Shown: positions 27,008-39,467 of the stretch, piece by piece
Layout of the letters: the number at the start of each line of letters is the position of its first letter
How positions within the stretch are numbered: position 1 is the first letter of the stretch
Source: Octopus vulgaris
Lineage: Eukaryota
Reading direction: 5' to 3'
DNA: 64,000 nucleotides
Assembly (NCBI GenBank): GCA_951406725.2
Contig: OX597818.1
Coordinates: forward strand, 139,066,001 to 139,130,000
Made by a program: the position numbers and the translations under genes
Notes under the pieces: model-generated
What the model saw: only the letters and a program-made list of their open reading frames with translations
What the model was told of the DNA's origin: nothing
Database searches by the model: none

Positions 27008-29210
27008 GAAGGGGGACCGAAATAAAGGGGGGGGACAGCCATCTTTCTCCATGACTCCTTTTCAGTTGATGGCAAGGACATATTTTCCAATGGCTATTGT
27101 GAATCTATATCACTATTCAACAAGGCCAAAGACATAATCATTGCTGGTCTTTACAGGCCTCCCTAAGCACCTCTAAAGTGTTTTGGAGAGTGCCTCAACA
27201 AAATCAAGTCCTTCCTTCAAAAATACAACTCCGGAAACATACTAGCGGTGGGTGATTTTAACCTCCCTCATATAAACTGGCCCACAAATACTCTGATGCT
27301 AGGAAAATGCTCTACATCAGATAAAGCAGCAGCAGAATTGCTCTTTAATCTAATGGACAAATTCTTCCTGACTCAGCTAGTGCTCGAACCAACAAGACAG
27401 TATAAAACGATCTTGGATCTAATATTAACCAATCACTCTAGCTCCGTTCACAGTATTTCAGTTGAAAAAAATCTCCACTCAGACCACGACATGATACTCT
27501 GCAATTTTAATTCCCGGCATATCAAAACCAAACCAGCCAATCCCACTCCATGGCACCCATTTGACAACATAAACTTCCACAAAGCGGACTGGGGAGCAAT
27601 TAGAAAGGATCTGTCCTTCATCGACTGGTCTTTTACTCGCAGTTCCACTCTCATTGAGACCGCATGGCAGCACTTTGAGAACATTGTCACCTATACATGC
27701 TCAAAACACACTCCTACGAAATCCACTAACACAAACAGAAACCGGCTCCCTAAAAATAAAAATAATAAAACACTCATCAGGCGCATCAAAAGGCTCATTA
27801 AAAAAATCAACCAATTAAAATACTCCCACATACAACATCCACATTCAACAACAATGAAAAGGCTGGAGTTGGAAAAACTTCATCTGCAGACCGACATGAA
27901 AACCTCCATTGAAAATCAAAGAGCTGCGGAGGAACACTAGGTTATCAAAAGCATCAAACAGAACGCAAAAGTGTTTTATTATTATGCAAATAAGCATAGA
28001 GCTGCTGTCTCACCCATTGGGCCATTGATCGATGATAACGGCATTCCCCAACACGATGCTAAAGAAATGGCAGAAATACTGCAGAAACAATACTGCTCTG
28101 TCTTTAGCGATCCCACAGATATTGACGTTAGAGAAGCGAACGAAGTTGATTCGCAACATAATATCTCGGACATAAACTTCACTGCCTCTGACATCATAGC
28201 AGCAATAAATGATGTCAAATACTATTCTGCTATAGGCCCTGATAGATTCCCCGCTAGTCTCCTGAAGGAATGTAGACACCAACTTGCAGTCCCTCTGACC
28301 AACCTATGGAGAAATTCGTTAGACGCAGGTTATATACCGAAACAGCTTCTATCCCAGTCTGTCATCCTGGTTTTCAAACAGGGAAACAGATCCCTTGCAG
28401 TCAACTATCACCCAATCTCACTCACCTCCCACATCATTAAAGTGTTTGAAAGGGTGTTAAGGTCAAGGATAGCTGACTTCCTGGAGATCCACAAACTCCT
28501 AAATACAAATCAGCATGGCTTTCGCTGTGGTACGGACTGTCTAACACAGCTCTTACACCACATTGAAGATATACTTAACGCCTTGGGAACAGGTTCGAAA
28601 TCTGATGTTATATATCTTGACTTCAGTAAAGCGTTCGACAGGGTAGACCATAATATCCTACTCTCAAAATTGGCAAATGTTGGAATACATGGAAAAGTTC
28701 TACACTGGATTAAGTATTTCCTGGCGAATAGAACACAACATGTTGTAGTTGATGGAGTCCACTCAAGCCCAGCAAAAGTCACCAGCGGTGTCTCCCCAGG
28801 GGACTGTCTTGGGTCCACTACTCTTCATAATTTACATTAACGACCTTTCCAGTGTCGTACATTACTGCAAAGTGAAAATATTTGCTGATGACACTAAGCT
28901 CCAGCAAATCGTCAATGAAGAAGAAGACCGAACTCAACTCCAGTCTGATCTATATGCTGTGAGTCAATGGGCAGACAGAAACAAAATGCAACTGAACGAG
29001 GGAAAGTTTGAGCTGATGCATTTTGGAAGAAAGTCAATAGTAAAACAGCCATACTCTCTTCTTTCAGGGGAACCGCTCACAGCCTCTAACAATATCAGAG
29101 ACCTGGGTGTAATTGTAGATAACAATCTCAGTTGGAGTGCCCACATCAACAATAAGGTCGATATAGCTCGTAGGATGAGCTCCTGGATCTTAAGAACCTT
29201 CCGGTTCAGT
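27008..29210 (+). pseudogene. CR1-group LINE ORF2 relic (AP endonuclease plus reverse transcriptase)
   Basis: APE motifs YRPP, GDFNLP, PTR...LDLILTN, SDH. RT motifs GPD, YHPISLTS...KVFE, QHGFR, YLDFSKAFD, G(V)PQGTVLGP, FADD (28881-28892), RDLGV. Several stops and frameshifts; truncated by (TA)n and (ATT)n. Confidence 0.95.
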
Positions 29211-29218
29211 AGAAAGGC

Positions 29219-29327
<109 letters not shown>

Positions 29328-29605
29328 ATTTTATGCACGTGTGCACTTGTGTACAAAAACGCACTACGTGTTGACAGATTAATTTATTCATTTTGTGCTC
29401 TTGTGAATATATATGAGTTCATGTTAATGTCTTATAGGCGTAATATACATGTAATATTATATGTATATCGCGTGTGTATGTGTACGTATGTATGTAGGTA
29501 TGTGTGTGTGCGTGTGTATACATATACATGTCTACGTGCACGCATGCATGCGTGTATGTACCAACATACATGTATACGTATGTATGTTGTAGCAATGCAC
29601 GTATA

Positions 29606-29636
<31 letters not shown>

Positions 29637-29784
29637 AAGAGAGAGGGCGATGTACTAGATTTTTAATGTAATTTAGAAAAGTTTTCTGCCTCGTCCGTTT
29701 TTTAAACAGACGCGTGTTTTAAACAGAGAACACTAATGGGGATTTATTATTTTCTTGTCTTATTTCTTATTACTTATTTTCCAG

Positions 29785-30549
29785 ATGGCCGGTCGTTTGG
29801 CTGTTCAGGAGCGAGCTAAGATAGCAGCAAGCTATGAAGTGTGGAATTCCGTTGTTCTGGTTCAGAGATGGTTGCGTTGCATGGAAAGGTAAACATGCAA
29901 CACTACGTACGGAGATAATAAAAAGTTGTCAAACAAAACTGATGATCAAGGGTTCTGTGAACGATGCATGAAGAAATGGCCGTCCAATCACATCCCGATC
30001 AGAGGAGAACAACGAGGTAATAGTGCAGGAGATGTTTAATCACGGCCCGCAAAAATCAACACGCCAAACAGCTCGTGAGAATGGACTAACAAGATACACA
30101 ATTCGTACGGTGTTACATAAAGAATCGAATATTCGTCCGTGGAACCCCCTTTATGTGCAGGAGCTAAAACCTGAAGACTGTGACCGCGTGGAATATGGAG
30201 AATTAATGCTAGGGTGGTATGAAATTGACATGAATTGTTTGAAAACAGCCTCTGGGGTGACGAGGCTGGGATGTTATGATACCAATCCCACACGGGAGGA
30301 TATGGAGACACGGATTCAAGAGATTCTCAATGATATCCCAGACGACATCCTTCAGAGGGTTGTTCATTCCATCCCTGGCGATTTGAGGAAAATAGTTGAC
30401 GCCACCAGTGCTTACGTTGAAATATGAAGATTTTCTTTCATTTTCTCATGTAATAAAAACATGTATCATTTGTTTTAACAAACTTGTGAAAGGAATATGG
30501 ATTTTATTGCCAATTTTTAATACCTACTTACTTTTCACCTACCCTGTAT
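29785..30549 (+). mobile_element. Internally deleted Tc1/mariner-superfamily element (DUF4817-like N-terminal HTH)
   Basis: MAGRLAVQERAKIAASYEVWNSVVLVQRW, GSVND..R.GRP, P.KSTRQ.ARE, P.YVQELKPED, then a jump to the C-terminal IPDDILQRV. Ends CACCTACCCTG|TA; left TIR not seen. Confidence 0.7.
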
Positions 30550-30691
30550 ATATATTCACTTATATGAGAGTGCATGTGCGTGTTAATGTATGTGTCTTTA
30601 GGTACACTTATGCACCATGTGTGAGTGTGTGTGTCTGCGTGTGTGTGAATCCATTATTATGCATGTACAAGCGTGAATGTGTATATGTATA

Positions 30692-31057
30692 CTAGCACGA
30701 CCCGGCAACGTCGGGTCATAGTGCTAGTGCATGCATATATAGTTGCGTGCGTGCGCAAAAACACGCGAGTACTGTCCAAATCTCCGACCAATCACATACA
30801 GCTAGCTGACATTCAATTGGCGTATCAAGTTTCGGGCATTTTGATTGGGTTTTGGATAAAAAATTCACAAAAAATGTCACTTCTATTGATTTTTTAATGG
30901 CTTTGCAGGGTGACTGGGGAAATGTAAAGATGTGCACGACCACCCTTGGGCGGTTTTGAATGACCATAGAAAGTGCGAGCCCTCTAACTGAAAAATTGTA
31001 GATTTGTATAAAGAACACACACACAGACAGACCTTTTGCCGTTTATATATAGAGAGA
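30692..31057 (-). mobile_element. Non-autonomous Helitron
   Basis: Minus strand: A|TCTCTCTATATATAAA ... hairpin GACCCGAC-GTT-GCCGGGTC ... CTAG|T; no TSD. Confidence 0.75.
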
Positions 31058-31124
31058 TATGTTTGCGTATATATACTTAATTATATTCACAATATTGTCA
31101 TTTATGTGTGTAAGTATATTTTAT

Positions 31125-31336
31125 CCTTTATCATTTAGTTGTTTGTCATTAGACGGCGGCCATGTTGGACACTGCCTTGAAGACTTTTTAGTTGAATAAA
31201 TCAATCCCAGAATTATTTTTAAAGCTTGGTGCTTTTTCTATATAGTTTTCTTTTTCCGAACCGCTAATTTACGAGGACGTAAATAAGAGCAGTGGTGAAG
31301 GACAACCACAGACACAAAAACACACGTATTATATAT

Positions 31337-31410
<74 letters not shown>

Positions 31411-31595
31411 GTGTCTTTGTGTCGTAAATATATATACAATGAGCTTCTTTCAGTTTTCGTCTTCCAAATCCACCCACAAGGCTTTGGTCAGCCCGCAGCT
31501 ATAGTAGAAAATACTTGCCCAAGTTGCCACGCAGTGGGACTGAACCGGGAACCATGAGTTTAGGAAGCAAGCTTCATACCCCACAACCACGCCTG
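31125..31595 (-). mobile_element. SINE family B, diverged, with expanded internal microsatellite
   Basis: Tail, body and head segments match family B. Confidence 0.8.
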
Positions 31596-31874
31596 CTCAA
31601 AGATGTTCTTATTTGTTTATTCATTTATGTACTGATTGAACGGAATAACGAGCAAACTATTTGAAAAATATTGAATTATTCACATGACGGTGTAATTGTT
31701 TTTATAATTTGTTCCAGAACTATCCTGGGAAATATTATTATCACCAGTATATCAATTTACAAGCTCTCTATCTGTAACTAGTTTGATAAACGCTAACGCC
31801 CTTGAGTCACTCTGCTGCTTTTGTTAAGTATTAATTAAGAAAATATGTATATATATATATTTATGTTTGTATCT

Positions 31875-32197
31875 TTACTCTTTTACTCTTTTACTTGTTT
31901 CAGTTATTTGACTGCGGCCATGCTGGAGCACCGCCTTTAGTCGAGCAAATCGACCCCGGGACTTATTCTTTGTAAGCCCAGTACTTATTCTATCGGTCTC
32001 TTTTGCCGAAACGCTAAGTGACGGGGACGTAAACACACCAGCATCGGTTGTCAAGCAATGCTAGGGGGACAAACACAGACACACAAACACACACATATAT
32101 ATATATATATACATATATATGACGGGCTTCTTTCAGTTTCCGTCTACCAAATCCACTCACAAGGCATTGGTCGGCCCGGGGCTATAGCAGAAGACTT
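31875..32197 (-). mobile_element. SINE family B, 5'-truncated young copy
   Basis: Near-identical to 42301 and 59985 up to GCAGAAGAC, head missing. Confidence 0.88.
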
Positions 32198-32676
32198 GTC
32201 TCTTACGGCGGCTGACTCAGCAGCTTTCACTAGACAGCTCATACACCCGATTTCTGCGTAAGGCATTTAACATTTCTTATGCACAATAAAGGGCAAAGAC
32301 CCTATTCACTCATGAATGACTATTGGATTGCACCTACAAAGTTTCTTTCCCAGGCACAAGTCCAAGCAAAGTTGCTTAGGGAAGACCAGCCTCCCTTCTC
32401 CACGCCACTGATGTTATAGGAATGAAAGGTAAAGGCCGATACAGCTTGGCACCAATGACGTCGCAACACATTTCTATAGGTGAGTGAACTGGATCAACGT
32501 GAAATAGAGTGTTTTGCAAAAGAACACAACAGTCCGGTACGGGACTCCAACTCATTACCTCATGACTGTGAGCCCGATGCAGAAACCACCGAGCCATGTG
32601 CCATCTCTTATGCAGATTATATATCAAACAAGTCACTATATGGATATTTACTGCCAGTTAGCTAGGACAATCATCA

Positions 32677-32935
32677 GACCGTCATCGTTGCGAAGCGCTG
32701 TTGCGACGACCGCGCCGCCCCGAATCGCGCGGCCGACGACGACAAATCGCGGAGGGAGCCCGCCGACAAGCGGAAGCAGAGGAGTAGGAGCAGTAGTAGG
32801 AACAACGACACGGCGAGGCCCCACGCCCACGTCCTCGTCCCGTCCGCGTCCTCCTCTACGTTCCCCTCCGAGCGACCGCCGCCCTCCGTCGCTGCCGCCG
32901 CCGCCGTCTCGTCTTTCGGCGTTCGCTCTGTGGGA
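32677..32935. other. GC/CpG-rich island of unknown nature
   Basis: Abrupt GC- and CpG-rich unique sequence in an AT-rich window. Confidence 0.6.
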
Positions 32936-33318
32936 ATATCTCTTAACTAACTAACAATCAAAGATAGCTAAAATTCTCAGGTCACTGTTTTCGTCGAAAA
33001 TATCAACTACTGCTTTTTTTCTTTTTTCAACAATCCTGTGCCTACGTTCCAGACTAGTGGTCATGTCCGCATTATAGATACCTGAGATCTTGCGCAGGAC
33101 ACCGGGCTGTGCACTGTTCCAGAGTTGGCTCGCGCAATGTCATCTTACACATATTAGAGGAAATTTTGCTCTCGGGCTGGAGTCGACGTCGACGAGTGAT
33201 GGGACAGACTAAAATGAAAATAAAAGGCCCCACGAAGATAAACACGAAGTAGCATAACCCTGTGTCACTGAGTTCCTTCTTATTGCAGATTACTACTCAC
33301 ACATGGTTCAAAATCGTG

Positions 33319-33352
<34 letters not shown>

Positions 33353-33505
33353 TGTATGTATGTATGTATGTATGTATGCATGTATGTATTTGTTTGTGTG
33401 TGTGTGTATACATATATGTATTATGTATATATGCATGCAGGTATGTATATATTATGTACGCATGCATACATCAATGTATGTATAAACGTGCGTACGTACG
33501 CATGC

Positions 33506-33573
<68 letters not shown>

Positions 33574-33644
33574 GTCTGTCTGTCTGTCTATCTGTCTGCC
33601 TGTCTGTCTGTCTGCCTGTCTGTCTGTCTGTCTGTCTGTCTCCC

Positions 33645-33691
<47 letters not shown>

Positions 33692-33749
33692 CTGCCTGCC
33701 TGCCTGTCTGTCTGTCTGTCCCCCTCTCTCTTTCTATCTATCTATCTAA

Positions 33750-33799
<50 letters not shown>

Positions 33800-34443
33800 G
33801 TCTGTCTGTCTGTCTGTCTGTCTGCCTGTCTGTCTGCCTGCCTGTCTGTCTGCCTGCCTGTCTCCCCCCTCTCTTTTCTCTATCTCTCTCTCTCTCTATA
33901 TATATATCTATCTAACGTCTGTCTGTCTGATTACCTGCCTCTCTGTCAGTCTATCCACGAATACGTGTGTGTATTCGCATACACACATACAAACACGCAC
34001 ATACACGCATATGTCAAGAAAGAGTATATTTGAATAAGAAGTGATGTTTTCAGTTCTCTGTTTTCAATTACGTCATTTCCGCTTTAAGAAATCGTTTAAA
34101 TGTGTTAGATTTGACATGAAATAGCTCTTAGCAAAAATGTTTCAGGGTTCTGGAAAATTTCCAAAACACACACACACGCAATATATATACATGAGTCTAT
34201 GTGTGTATACATACTTGATTATTAATTCGTTTGTCCGCGTGTATAATAGTGAGTGTGTATGTATGTATGTATACATATGTATATATATATATACGTATAT
34301 ATACACACACGCATATATATGAACATTCATATATCTATGTATATATATATATATGTATGTATATGTATGTATACATATATGTATGTATATGTATGTATAC
34401 ATATATGTATGTATATATATGTATATATATATGTGTATGTATA

Positions 34444-34483
<40 letters not shown>

Positions 34484-34794
34484 ATATACATATATATACA
34501 TATAGGTATATATATATATATGTACCTATATATACATATGTATATATATGTATGTATATATAAATATACACACATATATATGTATATATATCTATATATA
34601 TACATATATATCCATATATCTATACTCATATATATACGCATATATATATATATATACACACACACGCATATATATATGTATATATATACATATATATATG
34701 AATGTATATATTCATATACAGACATATACATATGCATATATGTATCTATACACATATGTATATATGTATATATATATATAGACATATATATATG

Positions 34795-34863
<69 letters not shown>

Positions 34864-35571
34864 ATATATACATACGTATATGTACATACTTACGTCTATA
34901 CGTGTATATATATATATATATATGCATATGCATATGTGGGCACATGACGTCACGAAACGTGTGCAACAAAAAGAAAATAGGAAGCATAAGTACATGAACT
35001 ATTCTTTCGAACAACGAAAGACATTAATAGAAAACAAAACAAACAACATAAAGAACGACCTTTATCAGTTGTTGGCTGGTTTTCTAGTCTCGTATTTCGA
35101 GCATTTAACAGCAATATACACTTTTGATAAATGAGTTGCTCCCTCTAAGAAAATCAAATAAAATTTGGGATTTTGGGGAGGGTCCAAATTGGTAACAGTA
35201 ACAGGTCAGTGAAAACAAACATGAAGGGCTATTAAGCCTAAATGAGGTTGTGGTTGTGAACGCGTAAATCAAGCTAGGGCTGGAGACAAACAAGAACACG
35301 CCTTCCTTGTTCCAGCTAGAACGGAGAGAAAGAAAGAAAAATGGCCGATGGTCACGTGGGAGCCACGTGTGCAAGGGAGGAGGAGGAGAGAGAGAGAGCG
35401 ATATAGTAATAGGATAGAACATTGGGAGAAGAGTAGGTAAAAGAATACGAGAGAAAAAAGAGAAAAACGAAAGAGCAAAAAGATCGTATACAGAGCGCAA
35501 TGCGCATCAGCATTATTAAGATAGAACTTAATTGGAAGAGGATGAATGGTATTCAATCATATAATAATATA

Positions 35572-35641
<70 letters not shown>

Positions 35642-35759
35642 GCATATGTACATACGTATATGTACATACATCTATATGCATATATGTATATACATACAAA
35701 CACACATTCATACATATACATACGCATACAGGCATACATGCACATACATATATGCATAC

Positions 35760-36050
35760 ATTGATTGATTGATTGATTCTAGTTTCAGCTCACGAGCTGT
35801 GGCCATGCTGGGGCACCGCCATTTGGTGTTGCTACATGGTTTTACTTCACGAATGCTTTTTAGCAACTGCCATTTGGTGCATGAGAGAGTTCGATGCAGC
35901 TGCCCTCATCTGCACCTCCTGCCGTGAAGTTGGTTCATCTGGGATACCTGACAAGAAGAGATCCAGTTTCATTTTAAAGACATCTGAATCCACCCCATGC
36001 AGGTCTCTTAGGTTCTTCGGGAGGATATTGAAGAGCTTTTTACAACTAAA
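35760..36050 (-). mobile_element. 3' end of a CR1-group LINE (ORF2 C-terminus, 3' UTR, (AATC)n tail)
   Basis: LFNILPKNLRDL...FKMKLDLFLSGIPDEP...AAASNSL, a short UTR with a hairpin, then an (AATC)n terminal repeat. Confidence 0.85.
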
Positions 36051-36716
36051 AATATTGAAGAGCATTTTACAACTAAAAATACAACTAAAAATAAGGGTGT
36101 CTGAGAGACATCACCATGTGAAATAGCAGTCAAATCCCTGACTCTAAAAACCACCTTAAATGTTCATATATATATATATATACGTATACATGCCGCAGTC
36201 CAAAGACTGGAACAAATAAAAGAATAAAAGAATAAAGAATACATATTACATATACAATACATACGTACAGAGGGAGAGAAAGAGAGATGAAAAATTGCAC
36301 AAACCATTATTCCGACTTTCATCGTGAGACCAAGTGTGTGTGCGTGTGTGTGTGTGTGTGTCCGCTTTTGGACATATCCAGTATTTGATGCTGCCACATA
36401 TATAAACATACTAGACAGCATAAAAAGAGAGAGAGAGAGGAAGAGAGAGGGGAGAGAAAGAAAAATAGCTAGATAGCTAGATAGATAGCTATATAGACAG
36501 ATAGACAGAGAGGGAGAGAGAGAGAGAGAGAGAGAGTGTGTGTGTAAGAGAGAGAGAGAGAGAGAGAGTATGTGTGTAAGAGAGAGAGAGAGTGTGTGTG
36601 TGTGTAAGAGAGAGAGAGAGAGTGTGTCAGAGAGAGAGAGAGAGAGTGTATGTGTGTGTGTGTAAGAGAGAGAGTGTGTGTGTGTGTAAGAGAGAAAGAG
36701 AGAGAGTGTGTGTGTG

Positions 36717-36758
<42 letters not shown>

Positions 36759-37470
36759 TGAGCGAGAGACAGAGAGAGAAAATAGCCTAAATAAAAAGCA
36801 GCCGCAAACTCATAAGCGTGAAGTCCAACGGCACACGAGAATCTGATCTCAACAGACCTGCTTTGTCCTCTCTGCGTTTTTCAATCGCTACTACACCGCC
36901 TTTTCTCGTCAGCGCTGACAGTTCTCGACCCCCAACCAGCATATTTATGCGTCTCCTGGCCCTTTCTTACTCATATTATATTCACCCCAAACCCCGCTTT
37001 AATCACCTCCGCCCAGTTCGTTCTCACAAAGCGTCGACACATATATACGACATATATACGGGCTTCTTTCAGTTTCTGTCTACCAAATCCACTCACAAGG
37101 ATATGGTCGGCCCGAGGCTATAGTAGAAGACACTTGCCTAAGGTGCCACGCAGTGAGACTGAACCCGGAACCATGTGGTTCGTAAGTAAGCTACTTACCA
37201 CACAGCCACTCCTACAGCTTGGTTTTCTTTCTGTAGCATTTTACGTCGTTTGACCTATGCAAGTCAATGCATGAAAAACAAAACGGGAATTTTGAAAGCA
37301 GAACCTATAAGACTAGTTTTTAAAGATCGAATGGCTATGGAGGTTCTCCAGAATAAAATTGTAACTAAAGGAGTGCACTAGTAAAAAATAAATAAATAAA
37401 AAGGGGTTGAGAACATCTGCCTCGCCACAACGTCGTCCCGCAGTCATCATTACGTAGCTACATGCATCTT

Positions 37471-37851
37471 GAAGCACTCCGTCGGTTACGACGACGAGGG
37501 TTCCGGTTGATCCGAATCAACGGAACAGCCTGCTCGTGAAATTAACGTGTAAGTGGCTGAGCACTCCACAGACACGTGTACCCTTAACATAGTTCTCGGG
37601 GATATTCAGCGTGACACAGAGAGTGACAAGGCCGGCCCTTTGAAATACAGGTACAACAGAAACAGGAAGTAAGAGTGAGAGAAAGTTGTGGTGAAAGAGT
37701 ACAGCAGGGATCACCACCATCCCCTGCCGGAGCCTCGTGGAGCTTTATGTGTTTTCGCTCAACAAATACTCACAACGCCCGGTCTGGGAATCGAAACCGT
37801 CATCCTATGACTGCGAGTTCGCTGCCCTAACCACTGGGCCATTGCGCCTCC
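37471..37851 (-). mobile_element. SINE family A, full length
   Basis: Head GGAGGCGCAATGGCCCAGTGGTTAGGGC...GGTTTCGATTCCC with A and B boxes; probable TSD ATGCATCT. Confidence 0.92.
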
Positions 37852-38648
37852 TAATGCATCTACCATGCTGCCAAAAGACCTCTCACAATGCCGCCCCATA
37901 CTTGCCATCACGCCGCTCCATAACCCTACCACGCTGCCCCAAACCCTCATCACGAGTTTCCGATGCCCACATGTCCCCACGCTGCCCTACGCAACGCCAC
38001 GCTACCCCTCCCCGTGCCACCCCATGCCTCTCCACGTCCCAACCCTTTCGCACGCTCTCTCGCGCTTCTCTGCATCTCTACGTCTCCCAAGGTCCACACA
38101 CCTTCCGATGCATCCACGGCTCTCCAACCCCCTATGCCTCTACAACCCCCACGCCTGTCAATGTCTCTCCTCCACCACCCATGCCCAAATTAATTATACA
38201 TTTTTGATGACTATCTTTTTGTATTGCTGTTTTCGTTTATATTATTGTTTTAGAGGTTAAGGCTTCGATATACAGCAAAGATTGTGTAGGATTACGGAAA
38301 TATGATGAGAAAAAAGAATACGTGATAAACCTGTTGGATTATAACTATATCAATGGAGAATAAATATCATTTTCATTCTGATAAATGTTGGCAGCCATCT
38401 GGTGTTTCTAGGATCAAGATTATGCTACGGGGAATAGCAAGAAGCACAGAAATACGACACATGGATTTTACGTCAGCCATTATACTTCATAGAGAATATA
38501 ACACTTCTGTGTGTATGTACTTGTGTAGGCATGAGTGTATATATACATATATATATAAATAACACACATGTATAAATACAATTATAAATATGTATATACA
38601 CACAAACTTACACACAGACACAGACACAGACACACAGACACAGACACA

Positions 38649-38768
<120 letters not shown>

Positions 38769-39467
38769 AAGGAAGCAAGAGCGATTGATGTATATATAAA
38801 TATATTTCTTGCTCAAATACACGCGACTAACTACTATAAGCTATCTTGCTTAGTTCAGTTTCGTTTCTCTCTCTCTCTCTCACGCACACATATATACACA
38901 TAGAAATAATATATATATATACACTCATGCACACACATGCCCGCGCACACACTCACTTTACGTACATAAATGGGGGCATGAATATATGTATACACGATAC
39001 GGTTTCATTGTGGGGTTCAAACGGTTAAACCATATTGGCAATCTTCTCGTGTTTCAACCATCTTGTAAACTAGGAAATATCATAGAAGAATTGTTGAAAT
39101 ATTAATTACGTTATAAATGTCACGAGGTTCAGTGGAATTCCTTAGGATTAGTTCTGGCTCAGTCTTTTACCATTCTGTTAAAGAATGTTCTCTTCTATAT
39201 TAACAGATGGAGAAATTGATCGTAACAATGTCTTGAAATAAATGCGATAGTTTAAAGAGGATTGTATCAAAAACTTTCGTTGTTGTGATGATGGTGGAGT
39301 TGGCATTAGTGGTGGTGTAGTGAGGTGGTGGTTAATCTTGAATGACTGCTGGAACGTAAGGGTACTGTTCGATAAGGGCAGTATTTTCACGTAATGATTC
39401 AAAGAAGTAATGCATAAGAATAATTTCTTATTGTTCTAATAGTTTAGTCAAGAGAGAAATGACAGCT

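Noticed and set aside
37860-38190. Pro/His/Thr-rich ORFs in a C-rich tract
   Set aside because: Degenerate low-complexity sequence open in all three frames, with no splice or homology support.
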